The translations under genes were made by a program, and so were the position numbers. A stretch of 64,000 bases of DNA from Nitrospiraceae bacterium (GTDB lineage Bacteria; Nitrospirota; Nitrospiria; Nitrospirales; Nitrospiraceae): positions 9,202-73,201 of the forward strand of contig JABFSG010000023.1 of the NCBI GenBank assembly GCA_013140715.1. The letters are read 5' to 3'. This document shows positions 46,604-58,090 of this stretch, one piece after another. Numbering within the stretch: position 1 is the first letter of the stretch; every line of letters begins with the position of its first letter. The notes beneath the pieces are model-generated. The model was not told the DNA's origin and did not search any database. It saw only the letters and a program-made list of their open reading frames with translations.

Positions 46604-47203
46604 TCATGGTTTCACCGCATACAGCTGGGCCTCAAGTTCGGCAATTCTTTTCTTCAAGGGGCCCACATACTCCTCAAGCTCTTTTGCCGAGTACCGTGGT
46701 GTGATGTACTTCGGACAGTTCCAATCGAACGACACGACGTCGATGAAGACCAGCCGCTCCACCGCCGCCTGCATCTTTGGATCGGCGAGCTGCGCAACGA
46801 GTTCCGGATGGGCACGGGCATCCTCGATACGGGCATGGCCAAGTATCTTCAGCCGTTCGCGATTCTTGTAGTCCATGAGAAACAACGCCACTCGGTCGTG
46901 CATAGAGACATTACCGGTCGTGAGTAGTTGTCGGTTTCCCTTGTAGTCTGCGAAGGCCAGCGTCGTCTCGTTGATCACCCGCAAAAATCCTTGAGGCCCG
47001 CCGCGATGCTGAATGTAGGGCCACCCGCTTTCGCTGATTGAACCCAAATAGAAACTGTCCCGCGATGCGATGAATTCACCCTCTGCCTGGCCGAGTGGGT
47101 CTCGCTCGGGAGCGCCTGCGATGTGACCCGCCTTCCCGTAGTACTCTGTCTGCGCGCGGCGTACTGATTCCGTAAACGTCATATCGAGATATTTCGTCGC
47201 CAT
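46604..47203 (-). CDS. pyridoxamine 5'-phosphate oxidase family (FMN-binding split barrel) protein
   Basis: SRDSFYLGSISESGWPYIQHRGGPQGFLRV...YKGNRQLLTTGN. Confidence 0.8.
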   Translation of the reverse strand: MATKYLDMTFTESVRRAQTEYYGKAGHIAGAPERDPLGQAEGEFIASRDSFYLGSISESGWPYIQHRGGPQGFLRVINETTLAFADYKGNRQLLTTGNVSMHDRVALFLMDYKNRERLKILGHARIEDARAHPELVAQLADPKMQAAVERLVFIDVVSFDWNCPKYITPRYSAKELEEYVGPLKKRIAELEAQLYAVKP

Positions 47204-47273
47204 CGTTTTCTCCTCTAACCTTCAGCCCCTCACGGTCAGGAGAGAGTTTCCTGACCGCAAACTGAGGTGTGGC

Positions 47274-47648
47274 TCAAAACACAGTCGTATTCCATCCCTC
47301 TGCAAGGTATCGTCTGAGGCTCAAGAGGCCGGCTGTTCCGGCCAACGCATGGTCTTTCACAATCGGCACGCCGCAGGATTTGACGCCTTCCGTAGCACCA
47401 AAGACCTCCGCGCAGCCGCAGGAGGCACCCTGCACAACATCGCGAACCGAATTGTAGAGACCATTGGCCGGATGCGAGAGCTTGGTGAGTTCAGCCGGCC
47501 ATCGCGTGCCCGCCCCGTTGAACACCACTGCCACCTCGTCTCCCTTCTGCTTACATTCGGATGCGAGTGCCAAGGCATTGAACATTCTTCCGAGTGCTTC
47601 TTCTGAACCGTTCTTCGGATCGGACAGGATGATGATGGCGGTCTTCAT
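47274..47648 (-). CDS. DsrE/DsrF-like family protein
   Basis: Chosen start MKTAIIILSDPKNGSEEALGRMFNAL. About 124 aa, with the Cys pair SCGC. The family call is from memory. Confidence 0.6.
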   Translation of the reverse strand: MKTAIIILSDPKNGSEEALGRMFNALALASECKQKGDEVAVVFNGAGTRWPAELTKLSHPANGLYNSVRDVVQGASCGCAEVFGATEGVKSCGVPIVKDHALAGTAGLLSLRRYLAEGWNTTVF

Positions 47649-47714
47649 GTTGTTTCCCCTATACAAAATAGAGTGAATAATCGTGCTGATCACGTTGTCG
47701 TCTCTTCAGCCGAC

Positions 47715-48104
47715 CTACTCCAATGTAGGCCAGTTATGATCGGCTTTTTCGATGAAGCTTGGGATATCTTGTTCCCAGATCTTCTCGATTTCCTCGTTGT
47801 AGTTCACGTAGAGCTTTCCTTCAGTAATCTTCCAAACCTCTGGATCGCCATCGAAGAACTTGGCCTGGCTGATCCCCCAGGCGCAAAACCCTCCATATTG
47901 TGGCGCGTATTTCTCTGGGCCTGCTGCAAAGAGGTCGCGATTTCTCGAATTGGCGAACTGCCAGTTCGCATCCGCATATTCGAGAGTGAACTCTTTCCGA
48001 CCCTTAACCGGCTTACCTTCCCTGAAATAGGCGACAGGGTCATAGCCTTTCAATGCCACATTCCCAAACGTGGTCTTGTTGATCTTCCGTTGTGTCGTCT
48101 CCAT
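47715..48104 (-). CDS. YHS-domain-containing (seleno)protein family member, Cys form
   Basis: Chosen start METTQRK after a GGAGGG SD. ALKGYDPVAYF...EKYAPQYGGFCAWG...GKLYVNYN. The long N-terminal extension of ORF 47715..48455 overlaps the regulator gene and was rejected. Confidence 0.75.
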   Translation of the reverse strand: METTQRKINKTTFGNVALKGYDPVAYFREGKPVKGRKEFTLEYADANWQFANSRNRDLFAAGPEKYAPQYGGFCAWGISQAKFFDGDPEVWKITEGKLYVNYNEEIEKIWEQDIPSFIEKADHNWPTLE

Positions 48105-48177
48105 GATCTGTCCCTCCGCCGGATAGGAATGACGTTTTTTACTCGTTCCGCGATGGCCATCGCACCAGTCCCATAGC

Positions 48178-48193
48178 GCAAGCGCAGTGCCAA
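48178..48193 (-). promoter_or_regulatory. sigma-54 (-24/-12) promoter
   Basis: The minus strand reads TGGCACtgcgcTTGCg, a near-perfect match to TGGCACG-N4-TTGCW. It lies ~75 nt upstream of the YHS ATG and 150 nt downstream of a sigma-54 activator gene. Confidence 0.65.
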
Positions 48194-48343
48194 GAAGCTT
48201 TATTACTGCGTCATGGCGCCAACACGCTGAAAACATGAAAGGTTTTGCCGTGTCACGCACGAAGGGGAGTGAGGGGGTAGATAGTATGGACACCACGATA
48301 TGTCGTAGTCCTACGAAATCTCGTGGGAGGTAACGTGAGGAAC

Positions 48344-49921
<1,578 letters not shown>

Positions 49922-50230
49922 CGTGTTGATCTCCGAGCCGGCTCTCGCTCGGCTCGGAGGACGATAAGTCCCTGATAGAGGATTGTCAATTAGCGGGGAG
50001 ATAGGGAACGGCCAAGGCTGCCCTCGATTGCGCACGTCGAATGATATACCTGCTCCCTCCAAGCTCGCTTGTTACCTCTTCAAGGGATGGGGGCTGAATG
50101 ATCTTCCAGCGCGCGCAACTTTTTCACCCACCCACCCACTGGCACGCCGAGACGTGCCAGTAGCCCAGGCGAGGGGAGTCCGCGACCGCGCGTTGCGCGA
50201 GCACAGAAGATCATCAGCCCTCATCCTGTT

Positions 50231-51313
50231 CTAGCTGAACTGATCCCAGGTATCGCACTGTTTGATCGCCCAGAATACCGCTTCTTTGAGTTTCTTCAAC
50301 GGCACATTCTCCGGATCCCGCAGGGCTTGCAGCTTTTTGTCGAGATCGTAGAGCGGCTGGATCGATCGCTTGTCCGGGATTTTTCCCAGGGCCCAAGCCA
50401 CTTCTGTGAGCACGGACCAGTCGGTCTTTGGATCCTTGAGCTTGGCCAATAGCGGCGGCACGACGGAAGCGTCCCCATGCAGTCCGCCGAGTTGGCCCAA
50501 CCCTTTGGCTGCCGCGGCTTGTACCTCGATATCCGACGACGTATTCATGATCTCAACAAACAGCGGAATGCCCTCTTTACCCAGATTACCCATGGCCCCG
50601 ATCGCTTGCTTCGTCAGGTCGCGATTCTTGAGCACCTCTTTTAACCTCGGCAAGGCCTCGTCTGCTTGCATCTCCCCTAAGAGAGAAATGATTTTGACCT
50701 TTCTGGCCTGCGGGGTGTCGGATCGATCGAGCAACTTCAAGAGCCGCTCCGGCTGACCCCATTCAGCGGCCAGCAAGAGGGGAAACTCGTAGGTCTCAAG
50801 CATCTCCCTCAATTTGTCCAGGGCATAGGTTCCCGGATCTCCTGCGTGAGCCGATTGCGCGGCTAGTCCCGCATCTTCAAACTCGGTTCGAACCTCCTTC
50901 TGCCATTTGACCTTCATGTCACCGAGACGATAGGTCATTTGGCAAGCGGGTCCCTTCCAGAGCCGGGAGGGGGCATCGGGCAAATCCGCATCACCCCCAG
51001 CAGCAGTCGTACCTTCCCATGTTTTTTGCTGCTCGCATTTTACTCTGAGCAGAGCGTCATGGGGTTTATCAGCCTCTCGCACGACCGTATACCCCAATTC
51101 ACCCATCCGGCGAGCGATCACCTCAGTGATCGGCGTCGCATCGACGGCTCCCCTGTCTGCAAGGGCAATCGTCTCGATCCGCAGAGTTTGGATCTTGTCC
51201 AGCAAGGCTTTCTGTTCCGTTGTGAAATAGTCTCGGTAGGCCCATGAAGGAAGAGAGGAAAGTACCAGCAGGCACAACGTCAGAGTTGAAAGCAGTGGCG
51301 CAACGCGCATCAT
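50231..51313 (-). CDS. secreted HEAT-repeat protein
   Basis: Signal peptide MMRVAPLLSTLTLCLLVLSSLPSWA. C-terminal HEAT-like units (EALPRLKEVLKNRD, VQAAAAKGLGQLGG, VVPPLLAKLKDP). Confidence 0.7.
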   Translation of the reverse strand: MMRVAPLLSTLTLCLLVLSSLPSWAYRDYFTTEQKALLDKIQTLRIETIALADRGAVDATPITEVIARRMGELGYTVVREADKPHDALLRVKCEQQKTWEGTTAAGGDADLPDAPSRLWKGPACQMTYRLGDMKVKWQKEVRTEFEDAGLAAQSAHAGDPGTYALDKLREMLETYEFPLLLAAEWGQPERLLKLLDRSDTPQARKVKIISLLGEMQADEALPRLKEVLKNRDLTKQAIGAMGNLGKEGIPLFVEIMNTSSDIEVQAAAAKGLGQLGGLHGDASVVPPLLAKLKDPKTDWSVLTEVAWALGKIPDKRSIQPLYDLDKKLQALRDPENVPLKKLKEAVFWAIKQCDTWDQFS

Positions 51314-51657
51314 GCACCTCCTCGCCTCTATACTGGTAATGAACTACGTATCCGACGTGATTATACCTGTCATGGTGAAGTGGCGGCTACCACAGGCATG
51401 ATGGGGTCTTTGATGGCCTCCACTACCGCTGATCACGGACTTCGACTACCTGAGTCGACAATAGCTCTGTCTTATCAGAACAATTGTTCAAGAAATGGAT
51501 ACTAACCGTCTCATGGTACGCAAGTGAACAGACTCCCACCCCGCAGGAGTATGGGTTGACAGTGGGATACCTTCAACGGTACAAAATACCTATAACAACA
51601 GGGATGTCCGTGTGTGCGCTCATCATGCTGGAGTCGTCTTCTAATAGACCCCACCAT

Positions 51658-51740
51658 GCGAGAGTGGCGGAACTGGCAGACGCGCGAGACTTAGGATCTC
51701 GTGGGTGACCGTGGGGGTTCAAGTCCCCCCTCTCGCACCA
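51658..51740 (+). tRNA. tRNA-Leu (anticodon UAG)
   Basis: GCGAGAG acceptor, CGAGA-CTTAGGA-TCTCG anticodon arm, variable arm, GGGGGTTCAAGTCCCCC T arm, encoded CCA. Confidence 0.93.
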
Positions 51741-51816
51741 GACCACGACATGGCAGTTGGCAATGATTCTGTAGCCTGCGTAAGGCTTCTTACAACGTAA
51801 AGGGTTCGGACCAGCT

Positions 51817-53121
51817 ATGAAAATGGAAGTGACTGAGTTAGGACCGATGAAACGCGCCCTCAAGATTGAAGTGCCGGCCGATGAGGTCACGCAACGGCTG
51901 GCCAGGGCTTACGTGGACCTGAACCGCCAGGTCAACATACCGGGATTTCGCCCAGGAAAGGCCCCGGTGGCCTTACTGGAAAAGCGCTATGCCAAAACCG
52001 TGGAAGAGGATGTGCTCCGAGCCCTCGTGCCGGACTTCTATGACAAGGCTGTGCGCCAGGCGGGAATCGTACCGGTCCATGTCGAAATTCCCCCGCTGGA
52101 CCGGGCCAAGATCAAAAAAGATGAGCCCTTTACATTTACTGCAACCGTTGAGATCAGGCCGAACATCGAGTTGCGGGACTACAAAGCGCCGAACCCGATC
52201 TCGCTCAAGCCTGACAAACGTACCGTGACCGATGACCAGTTGGATCGGGGGCTCGAGGTTTTGCGCGAGCAGCAGGCACGGTTGGAAGCGGTACCGGCCG
52301 GTCATGCCGTTGCAGATGGGGACTTTCTTGTGCTGGATGTACAAGGCACTCTCGACGGGACATTACTGGAAGGAACGAAGAAGGAAGGTCAACTCCACAA
52401 GGTTGGGTCACATGCATCCGTTTTGGGTTTGGAAATTGATCCGCATGTCGGTGGGAAAAAAGAGGGCGACGTCCTGGAAGTGCCCCAGCCCTACCCGGCC
52501 AGCCATCCCGATCCTCGGGTTGCCGGCAAGACGGTTGTTTTCACGCTGACAATCAAGTCCGTCAAGGAAAAGAAGCTGCCGGCCCTGGACGATGAGTTTG
52601 CCAAAGATTGTGGGCCCTTCAATTCCCTCCAAGAAATCAAAGATAAACTGCGGGAGGGGATGGAACGGGCGCTGAAGCGAGAGATTGAAGATACCTATAA
52701 GGATACGATCATCAAGCGGCTGGTGGAGACCCACCACTTCGACCTCCCGGAGACTCTCGTGGAACGTGAGCTGGAGGCGATCATCCGCCAGCATATGGAG
52801 CAGCAGAAGGGGAGCGGTCAGGAATCGTCCGGCACGGAGGACCTCGCACAACTTCGTCAGGAACATCGGAACGAAGCGGCGCGCCGGGTGAAACTCGGAC
52901 TCGTATTGGAAACGATCGCAGAAAAAGAGGGGCTGAAGGTCACGCAGGAAGATCTCAACGCCGAGATTGTGCGGTTATCATCGGATCTCAAGATGCCGGC
53001 AGCCGATCTGGTCAAGATGATCAAGGCCGGCGGACAGGAATCCATCGATGAGTTACGGAACAGGACGTTGGCGGATAAAGCGTTAGATTTCGTCTACCGC
53101 AATGCGGTGATTCAGGGATAG
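51817..53121 (+). CDS. tig: trigger factor
   Basis: 434 aa. GFRPGKAP signature plus PPIase and C-terminal domains. It lies upstream of clpP-clpX. Confidence 0.96.
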   Translation: MKMEVTELGPMKRALKIEVPADEVTQRLARAYVDLNRQVNIPGFRPGKAPVALLEKRYAKTVEEDVLRALVPDFYDKAVRQAGIVPVHVEIPPLDRAKIKKDEPFTFTATVEIRPNIELRDYKAPNPISLKPDKRTVTDDQLDRGLEVLREQQARLEAVPAGHAVADGDFLVLDVQGTLDGTLLEGTKKEGQLHKVGSHASVLGLEIDPHVGGKKEGDVLEVPQPYPASHPDPRVAGKTVVFTLTIKSVKEKKLPALDDEFAKDCGPFNSLQEIKDKLREGMERALKREIEDTYKDTIIKRLVETHHFDLPETLVERELEAIIRQHMEQQKGSGQESSGTEDLAQLRQEHRNEAARRVKLGLVLETIAEKEGLKVTQEDLNAEIVRLSSDLKMPAADLVKMIKAGGQESIDELRNRTLADKALDFVYRNAVIQG

Positions 53122-53189
53122 TGCCGAGTGGGACAAGGCCGACCTTGCTCTCGGATTCAACAGACTGTAAGCGGAAAGGAACGACGTGC

Positions 53190-53825
53190 ATGCTAGTGCC
53201 CATTGTTATTGAAACGACGAATCGAGGCGAACGAGCTTACGACATTTACTCTCGACTCTTGAAAGATCGAATCATTTTTCTCGGTGCGCCGATCGACGAC
53301 GTCTTTGCCAATCTGATCATTGCCCAGCTCCTGTTCCTCGAAGCAGAAGATCCTGAAAAGGACATCAACCTCTATGTCAATTCCCCCGGGGGAAGCGTCA
53401 CAGCGGGATTGGGGATCTATGACACCATGCAGTATGTGAAACCCCCGATCAATACCATCTGCCTCGGTCAAGCCGCCAGCATGGGAGCCTTTCTCCTTAC
53501 GGCTGGAACCAAAGGTAAGCGCTTCGCATTACCGAATGCGAGGGTGATGATTCACCAACCAATGGGCGGGTTTCAGGGGCAGGCCACGGAGATCGACATT
53601 CATGCCAGAGAGATCTTGAAAATCCGTGAGCGGCTCAATGAAATCATGGCCAAACATACCGGTCAGCCACTGGAGAAGATCTCCCAAGACACCGAGCGGG
53701 ACTACTTCATGTCGGCGGAAGAAGCCAAACGGTATGGTCTCATCGACGAGGTCATTACTCGGCCACCGAAGCTCCTCAAGGCCATCAGCAGCGAAGCAGG
53801 GAAAGACCCGGTCAAAGACAAGTAA
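53190..53825 (+). CDS. clpP: ATP-dependent Clp protease proteolytic subunit
   Basis: Chosen start [32 protein letters not shown]. Also [11 protein letters not shown] and MIHQP. Confidence 0.97.
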   Translation: MLVPIVIETTNRGERAYDIYSRLLKDRIIFLGAPIDDVFANLIIAQLLFLEAEDPEKDINLYVNSPGGSVTAGLGIYDTMQYVKPPINTICLGQAASMGAFLLTAGTKGKRFALPNARVMIHQPMGGFQGQATEIDIHAREILKIRERLNEIMAKHTGQPLEKISQDTERDYFMSAEEAKRYGLIDEVITRPPKLLKAISSEAGKDPVKDK

Positions 53826-53839
53826 CACAAGGGGGACGC

Positions 53840-55096
53840 ATGGCGAAGCTGGATAAGATGGATCGACATCTCCGCTGCTCGTTCTGTGGAAAGAGCCGCG
53901 ATGAAGTCCGTAAATTGATTGCCGGGCCTACCGTCTACATCTGCGACGAATGCGTCAACCTCTGCAATGACATCATTGCCGAGGATTGGGAAGAAGCCAA
54001 AGAGGAGATTTCCTCCAAACTCAAGAAGCCTGTGGAAATCAAACACCACTTGGATCAGTACGTCGTGGGGCAGGATCGGGCCAAAAGAATTCTCTCGGTG
54101 GCCGTGCACAACCACTACAAGCGAATCTCGTCCAAGGATAAAGATGTTGACGATGTACAACTCCAGAAGGGCAACATCCTCATGTTGGGGCCCACAGGCA
54201 CGGGGAAAACACTCTTGGCCCAGACCCTCGCCAAATTCTTGGACGTCCCCTTCACGATGGCTGACGCCACCACACTCACAGAGGCGGGATACGTCGGTGA
54301 GGACGTGGAAAACATCATCCTCAAGCTTCTGCAGGCAGCGGACTACGATGTGGAACGGGCCGAGCGGGGTATCGTCTACATCGATGAAATCGACAAGATC
54401 AGCCGCAAGAGCGACAGTCCCTCGATTACACGCGATGTTTCGGGGGAAGGGGTGCAGCAGGCGTTGCTCAAGCTCATTGAGGGAACGGTGGCCAACGTGC
54501 CGCCTCAAGGAGGGCGTAAGCATCCGCACCAAGAATTTATCCAGGTCAATACGAGCAATATCCTATTCATTTGCGGCGGCGCGTTTGTCGGGCTCGAACA
54601 AATAATCGAACAACGTCTGAACCGCAAGTCGATGGGATTCGGAGCTGAAGTTCGTGGACGGAGTGAAGTGCGGCTTGGCGAACTATTCGCCAGGGTGCAG
54701 CCGGAAGATTTTCTCAAGTACGGCTTGATTCCGGAGTTTGTCGGTCGGCTTCCGGTCGTAGCCACTTTGGACGAGCTGGATGAGCGAGCCCTCATTCGAA
54801 TCTTGAACGAGCCGAAAAATGCGCTCACGAAGCAGTATGAAAAACTGCTCTCCTTCGAGAAGGTCAAGCTCAAGTTCACCGAAGGCGCACTTGGGGCCAT
54901 TGCACGAAAGGCATTTCACCAGAAAACCGGCGCTCGAGGATTGCGTGCGATACTCGAAGATGTGATGCTGGACGTAATGTACGATGCACCTTCTCAGAAA
55001 CAGATTAAGGAAGTTCTGATCACAGAGGATGCCATTCTCGGTAAGCATCCTCCCATTCGAATTTTTGAGCAGGACAAGGATGCAAAGACCGCATAA
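53840..55096 (+). CDS. clpX: ATP-dependent Clp protease ATP-binding subunit ClpX
   Basis: CSFCGK...CDEC zinc finger, [17 protein letters not shown]. Confidence 0.97.
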   Translation: MAKLDKMDRHLRCSFCGKSRDEVRKLIAGPTVYICDECVNLCNDIIAEDWEEAKEEISSKLKKPVEIKHHLDQYVVGQDRAKRILSVAVHNHYKRISSKDKDVDDVQLQKGNILMLGPTGTGKTLLAQTLAKFLDVPFTMADATTLTEAGYVGEDVENIILKLLQAADYDVERAERGIVYIDEIDKISRKSDSPSITRDVSGEGVQQALLKLIEGTVANVPPQGGRKHPHQEFIQVNTSNILFICGGAFVGLEQIIEQRLNRKSMGFGAEVRGRSEVRLGELFARVQPEDFLKYGLIPEFVGRLPVVATLDELDERALIRILNEPKNALTKQYEKLLSFEKVKLKFTEGALGAIARKAFHQKTGARGLRAILEDVMLDVMYDAPSQKQIKEVLITEDAILGKHPPIRIFEQDKDAKTA

Positions 55097-55152
55097 GTCT
55101 TTATAAATACAGCTTTCTTCGTTTTCCTGTTAGGCCCTCCATTTAGAACCGT

Positions 55153-55184
55153 CCGGGCCAGGATGATCCTGGCCCGGCTTTTCC
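55153..55184 (+). terminator. rho-independent terminator after clpX
   Basis: ccgggccagg-atgat-cctggcccgg followed by cttttcc. Confidence 0.7.
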
Positions 55185-55330
55185 TCATCTCCTCCCCTTC
55201 TCGAATATCGGTGACGCACCGTCCCATCTTTCTGCCCCTGACTTGTGGCAAGGCTCAGGACTCTACGCTTTTCCTCGACAAGTTGAAATGCTGCGCTATA
55301 CTTGCGTTACCAATTGAACGGGGAGGAACT

Positions 55331-55852
55331 GTGAAGTATCCCGTGTCTTCAAGTCTTCGGCATAAAGGCAAAGCCCTCGAACTCGACGCAACTCGTGAAG
55401 TGATCACCCTTTTGGGGATCAACGGCGAACCGATGGGCAACTTGTCATGGGACTTCGTCATCGACCAGATTTTGGCCTATCGGAAGCCGATGGCGAGCCG
55501 AGAAGCCAGAAATGAACCACGTGTGACGCTCACCTTCCGCGTCAAATACACAACTCCGGATGGTCGACAGTTTGAAAGTCGTGCTGGGGGCATCGGCGGA
55601 GGCGGACTCTTTATCGAAAGCCTGAGCCCCCTTTCGGTCGACACCCTGCTTGCGCTTGAATTTACGCTGCCGGAAAGCCCATCAGAATGGTTGCCGGCAA
55701 AGGGCCTCGTTGCATGGGTATGCCCTAAAGCAGATCAATATACGTTTAGCCCCGGTATGGGGGTGCGCTTTACAGAGATCGACCCAGACGTTCGCAATCG
55801 AGTGCTTGAAGTAGTGAAAAAGTCCCTCCAGACCGTTGGGCAGGCGGCCTAG
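55331..55852 (+). CDS. PilZ-like domain protein, paralog 1
   Basis: GTG start after a GGGAGGA SD. VKYTTPDGRQFESRAGGIGGGGLFIES...GMGVRFTEID. 173 aa. Confidence 0.7.
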   Translation: MKYPVSSSLRHKGKALELDATREVITLLGINGEPMGNLSWDFVIDQILAYRKPMASREARNEPRVTLTFRVKYTTPDGRQFESRAGGIGGGGLFIESLSPLSVDTLLALEFTLPESPSEWLPAKGLVAWVCPKADQYTFSPGMGVRFTEIDPDVRNRVLEVVKKSLQTVGQAA

Positions 55853-55903
55853 CGACGATCTATCCGCCACTGAACCGTTCGTATTCGATCCAAGGATCTG
55901 ACC

Positions 55904-56425
55904 ATGAAGTTTCCTATTACCACGACGGAAGGACATGAGGGCAAAGTCCTTGAAATGAATTCCGACGAGGAAGTGGTCACGCTGTTTAATGCCGAGGGAG
56001 AATCGCTCGGGGCCCTGTCCTGGAGGGAGGTCATAGACCAGGCTCTTGCCGGCAGCGACGACGATGCCCGTTTTGCCCATGTACGTTCTTATCCAAGAGC
56101 TCCGCTTGCCGTGAAGGTCCGCTACACAACCCCAGAAGGCAAACAGTTCGAAAGTTTAACCGCAGGCATTGGTGCAGGCGGGTTATTTATCGAGAGCAGC
56201 ACTCCGCTGGCTCCTGGCACCACATTGTCTGTTGAGTTTGCGCTACCCGATCGCCCTTGGGAAAAACACAAGGCCGTGGCAAAGGTTGCTTGGACCCGTA
56301 GCAGGCCTGAACGGCACCTGCTTTTTCCAGGAATGGGCGTTCAGTTTACGAACATCGACGAGAAGGCCCGTGAAGAGCTTGTTGAACTCGTTGAGGCGTT
56401 GAATCGTTCACGCGTAGCGAACTAA
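55904..56425 (+). CDS. PilZ-like domain protein, paralog 2
   Basis: 173 aa, collinear with paralog 1 (VRYTTPEGKQFESLTAGIGAGGLFIES...GMGVQFTNID). Confidence 0.7.
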   Translation: MKFPITTTEGHEGKVLEMNSDEEVVTLFNAEGESLGALSWREVIDQALAGSDDDARFAHVRSYPRAPLAVKVRYTTPEGKQFESLTAGIGAGGLFIESSTPLAPGTTLSVEFALPDRPWEKHKAVAKVAWTRSRPERHLLFPGMGVQFTNIDEKAREELVELVEALNRSRVAN

Positions 56426-57168
56426 ATCCCCCGTTTCGCCCAGCGCCGCACCCCACTATCTGTATCCTTTGCGGCAGCCTTTTCCAGCGCGGCCTTCGTA
56501 TCCAGATCGCTGAGCAGTCCCAGGCGATAGGCCGCTTCTGTTCGTACACTAGGAGCAGGATCTTCAGCTAACCGTTCTCTGAGCCAAGGTGAAGCCGCTG
56601 CCCCGCCCCATTCACCCACTGCGGCAACAATTCCCTGACGAATTTCCGCGTTGGAGTCACGTCCGGCTTCGACGAGTGCATCGACCGACTGGCTTGCATC
56701 GACCTGCAGCAATGCCCGCACCGCCGCTCTCCTGGTCGTCACCTCTGAAGATCGTAATAACCTTACGACAGGTTGTAGCAATTGAGAACCTGGCTCAATC
56801 TCGCCGATCGCCACAGCTGCAGCCTGCTGAATCGATTCAGCAGGATCTTCCAGCGCCTGCGTCAATAGTTCGACCATTTCAGCGGTGGCTGCGGGTTTGA
56901 CGCGCCCCAAGGCCAGCACCGAGGCTTCCCGGACTATTGCCGTTGGATCCTGCAAGAGGAAAAGAATAGGACCCGCGGTTCCTGGGTCGCCGATCTTACC
57001 CAGAGATTCTAGGGCTATCCGCCGCATCTCCGGTCCCTCATCGCGAAGTAATTCTCGCAAGAGCGATACCGTGCGTTCCTTCGATGAAGATGGAGAATCC
57101 TGGACACAACCGGTAAGAAGGAAGAACGACAGGACGAGGGAGCACGCTAAGAAGCTTTCCCGGTTCAC
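56422..57168 (-). CDS. HEAT-repeat lipoprotein
   Basis: LSFFLLTGC lipobox. Repeated ...RRxAxxALGxIGDP.../VREASVLALGRV units. Confidence 0.7.
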   Translation of the reverse strand: MNRESFLACSLVLSFFLLTGCVQDSPSSSKERTVSLLRELLRDEGPEMRRIALESLGKIGDPGTAGPILFLLQDPTAIVREASVLALGRVKPAATAEMVELLTQALEDPAESIQQAAAVAIGEIEPGSQLLQPVVRLLRSSEVTTRRAAVRALLQVDASQSVDALVEAGRDSNAEIRQGIVAAVGEWGGAAASPWLRERLAEDPAPSVRTEAAYRLGLLSDLDTKAALEKAAAKDTDSGVRRWAKRGI

Positions 57169-57980
57169 GCTTGCTTCGGGGGCTCTTCGTATAGGACAGG
57201 CATTTCTTTAGCTGCATCGATAGATTGCTGGAATTCCTTCTGAGCCGAATCCATCTCGGCTTGAATCGTCCGTATTTCCGGGTCAACCGAATTACGAACA
57301 TCGGCAACGGCCTGTTTGAACGTTCGCAGCGCGTCCCCCAGTCCTTCTCCCAAGTTCTGCATATCACCTGGGGAAATACCGGCTGGCTGTGAGGCCGCTG
57401 CCTTCATCGCTGCCTGCTGTGCTTGTACGCGAGCCACGGCATCTTTATTGACAATGGCAGAGGGGCGTTTGGCCACAGGTTTTGTCTGGGTCCCTGCCGG
57501 AAGAGGTGGGTACTGCGCTTGCCTTATCGGTGTGGGAGCCGCTGCTCGCTCTTCCATCGTGGGTGGCTGTTGGCCATGCCCCATCGATTGAACTGAGACC
57601 AGCTGGGCTTGGGAGGAACTAACCGGTCGAGCCTGTTGTGGCGGAGCCGCCATGTTGTACATCAAGGCGGCAGTGGTCCCAGGAGTCATTTCTGGACCAG
57701 GTGTGTAGGGGGCTGTGGGTTTGGGGGCTGCCAGAGTCTGTCCCTGCGTCATTGCCGGTGCCGGTGCGGCCTGGACCGGTGATTGCGTGTGCATGGGCGT
57801 CGGTCGATTCGAGTCGGGGGGTGCCGCATCCGGCGACGGAATGTCGTTGACTTCCTTTTTAAACCCTCGGAGCGCTTTGCCAACCCCTTCACCGATTTGC
57901 GGGAGCTTGCCCGCCCCGAAAATGATGAGAACAATGACGAGGATAATGATCAGTTCCGAGATCCCCATGCTACCAAACAT
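57165..57980 (-). CDS. tatA: TatA/TatE-type twin-arginine translocase component with a ~220-aa low-complexity C-terminal extension
   Basis: The N-terminus MFGSMGISELIIILVIVLIIFGAGKLPQIGEGVGKALRGFKKEV is canonical TatA. The rest is P/Q/A-rich, with a second amphipathic segment LGEGLGDALRTFKQAVADVRN. Confidence 0.7.
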   Translation of the reverse strand: MFGSMGISELIIILVIVLIIFGAGKLPQIGEGVGKALRGFKKEVNDIPSPDAAPPDSNRPTPMHTQSPVQAAPAPAMTQGQTLAAPKPTAPYTPGPEMTPGTTAALMYNMAAPPQQARPVSSSQAQLVSVQSMGHGQQPPTMEERAAAPTPIRQAQYPPLPAGTQTKPVAKRPSAIVNKDAVARVQAQQAAMKAAASQPAGISPGDMQNLGEGLGDALRTFKQAVADVRNSVDPEIRTIQAEMDSAQKEFQQSIDAAKEMPVLYEEPPKQA

Positions 57981-58090
57981 GGTGTAGTTCCTTTTTCCTA
58001 ACTCTGTTCAATCGCCGCCGACCCTGTCTGTTTGAGAATCTGATCAACTCTATAGGGCGGTGGGAGACCCTGTCAAGGAAGGGTCTGGGG

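Noticed and set aside
50139-50162. TGGCACG within the hairpin ctggcacgccgagacgtgccag as a sigma-54 promoter.
   Set aside because: On both strands the downstream element is displaced or absent (GGCG instead of TTGC, with the GC one position off). It is more likely a plain stem-loop between two convergently ordered genes.
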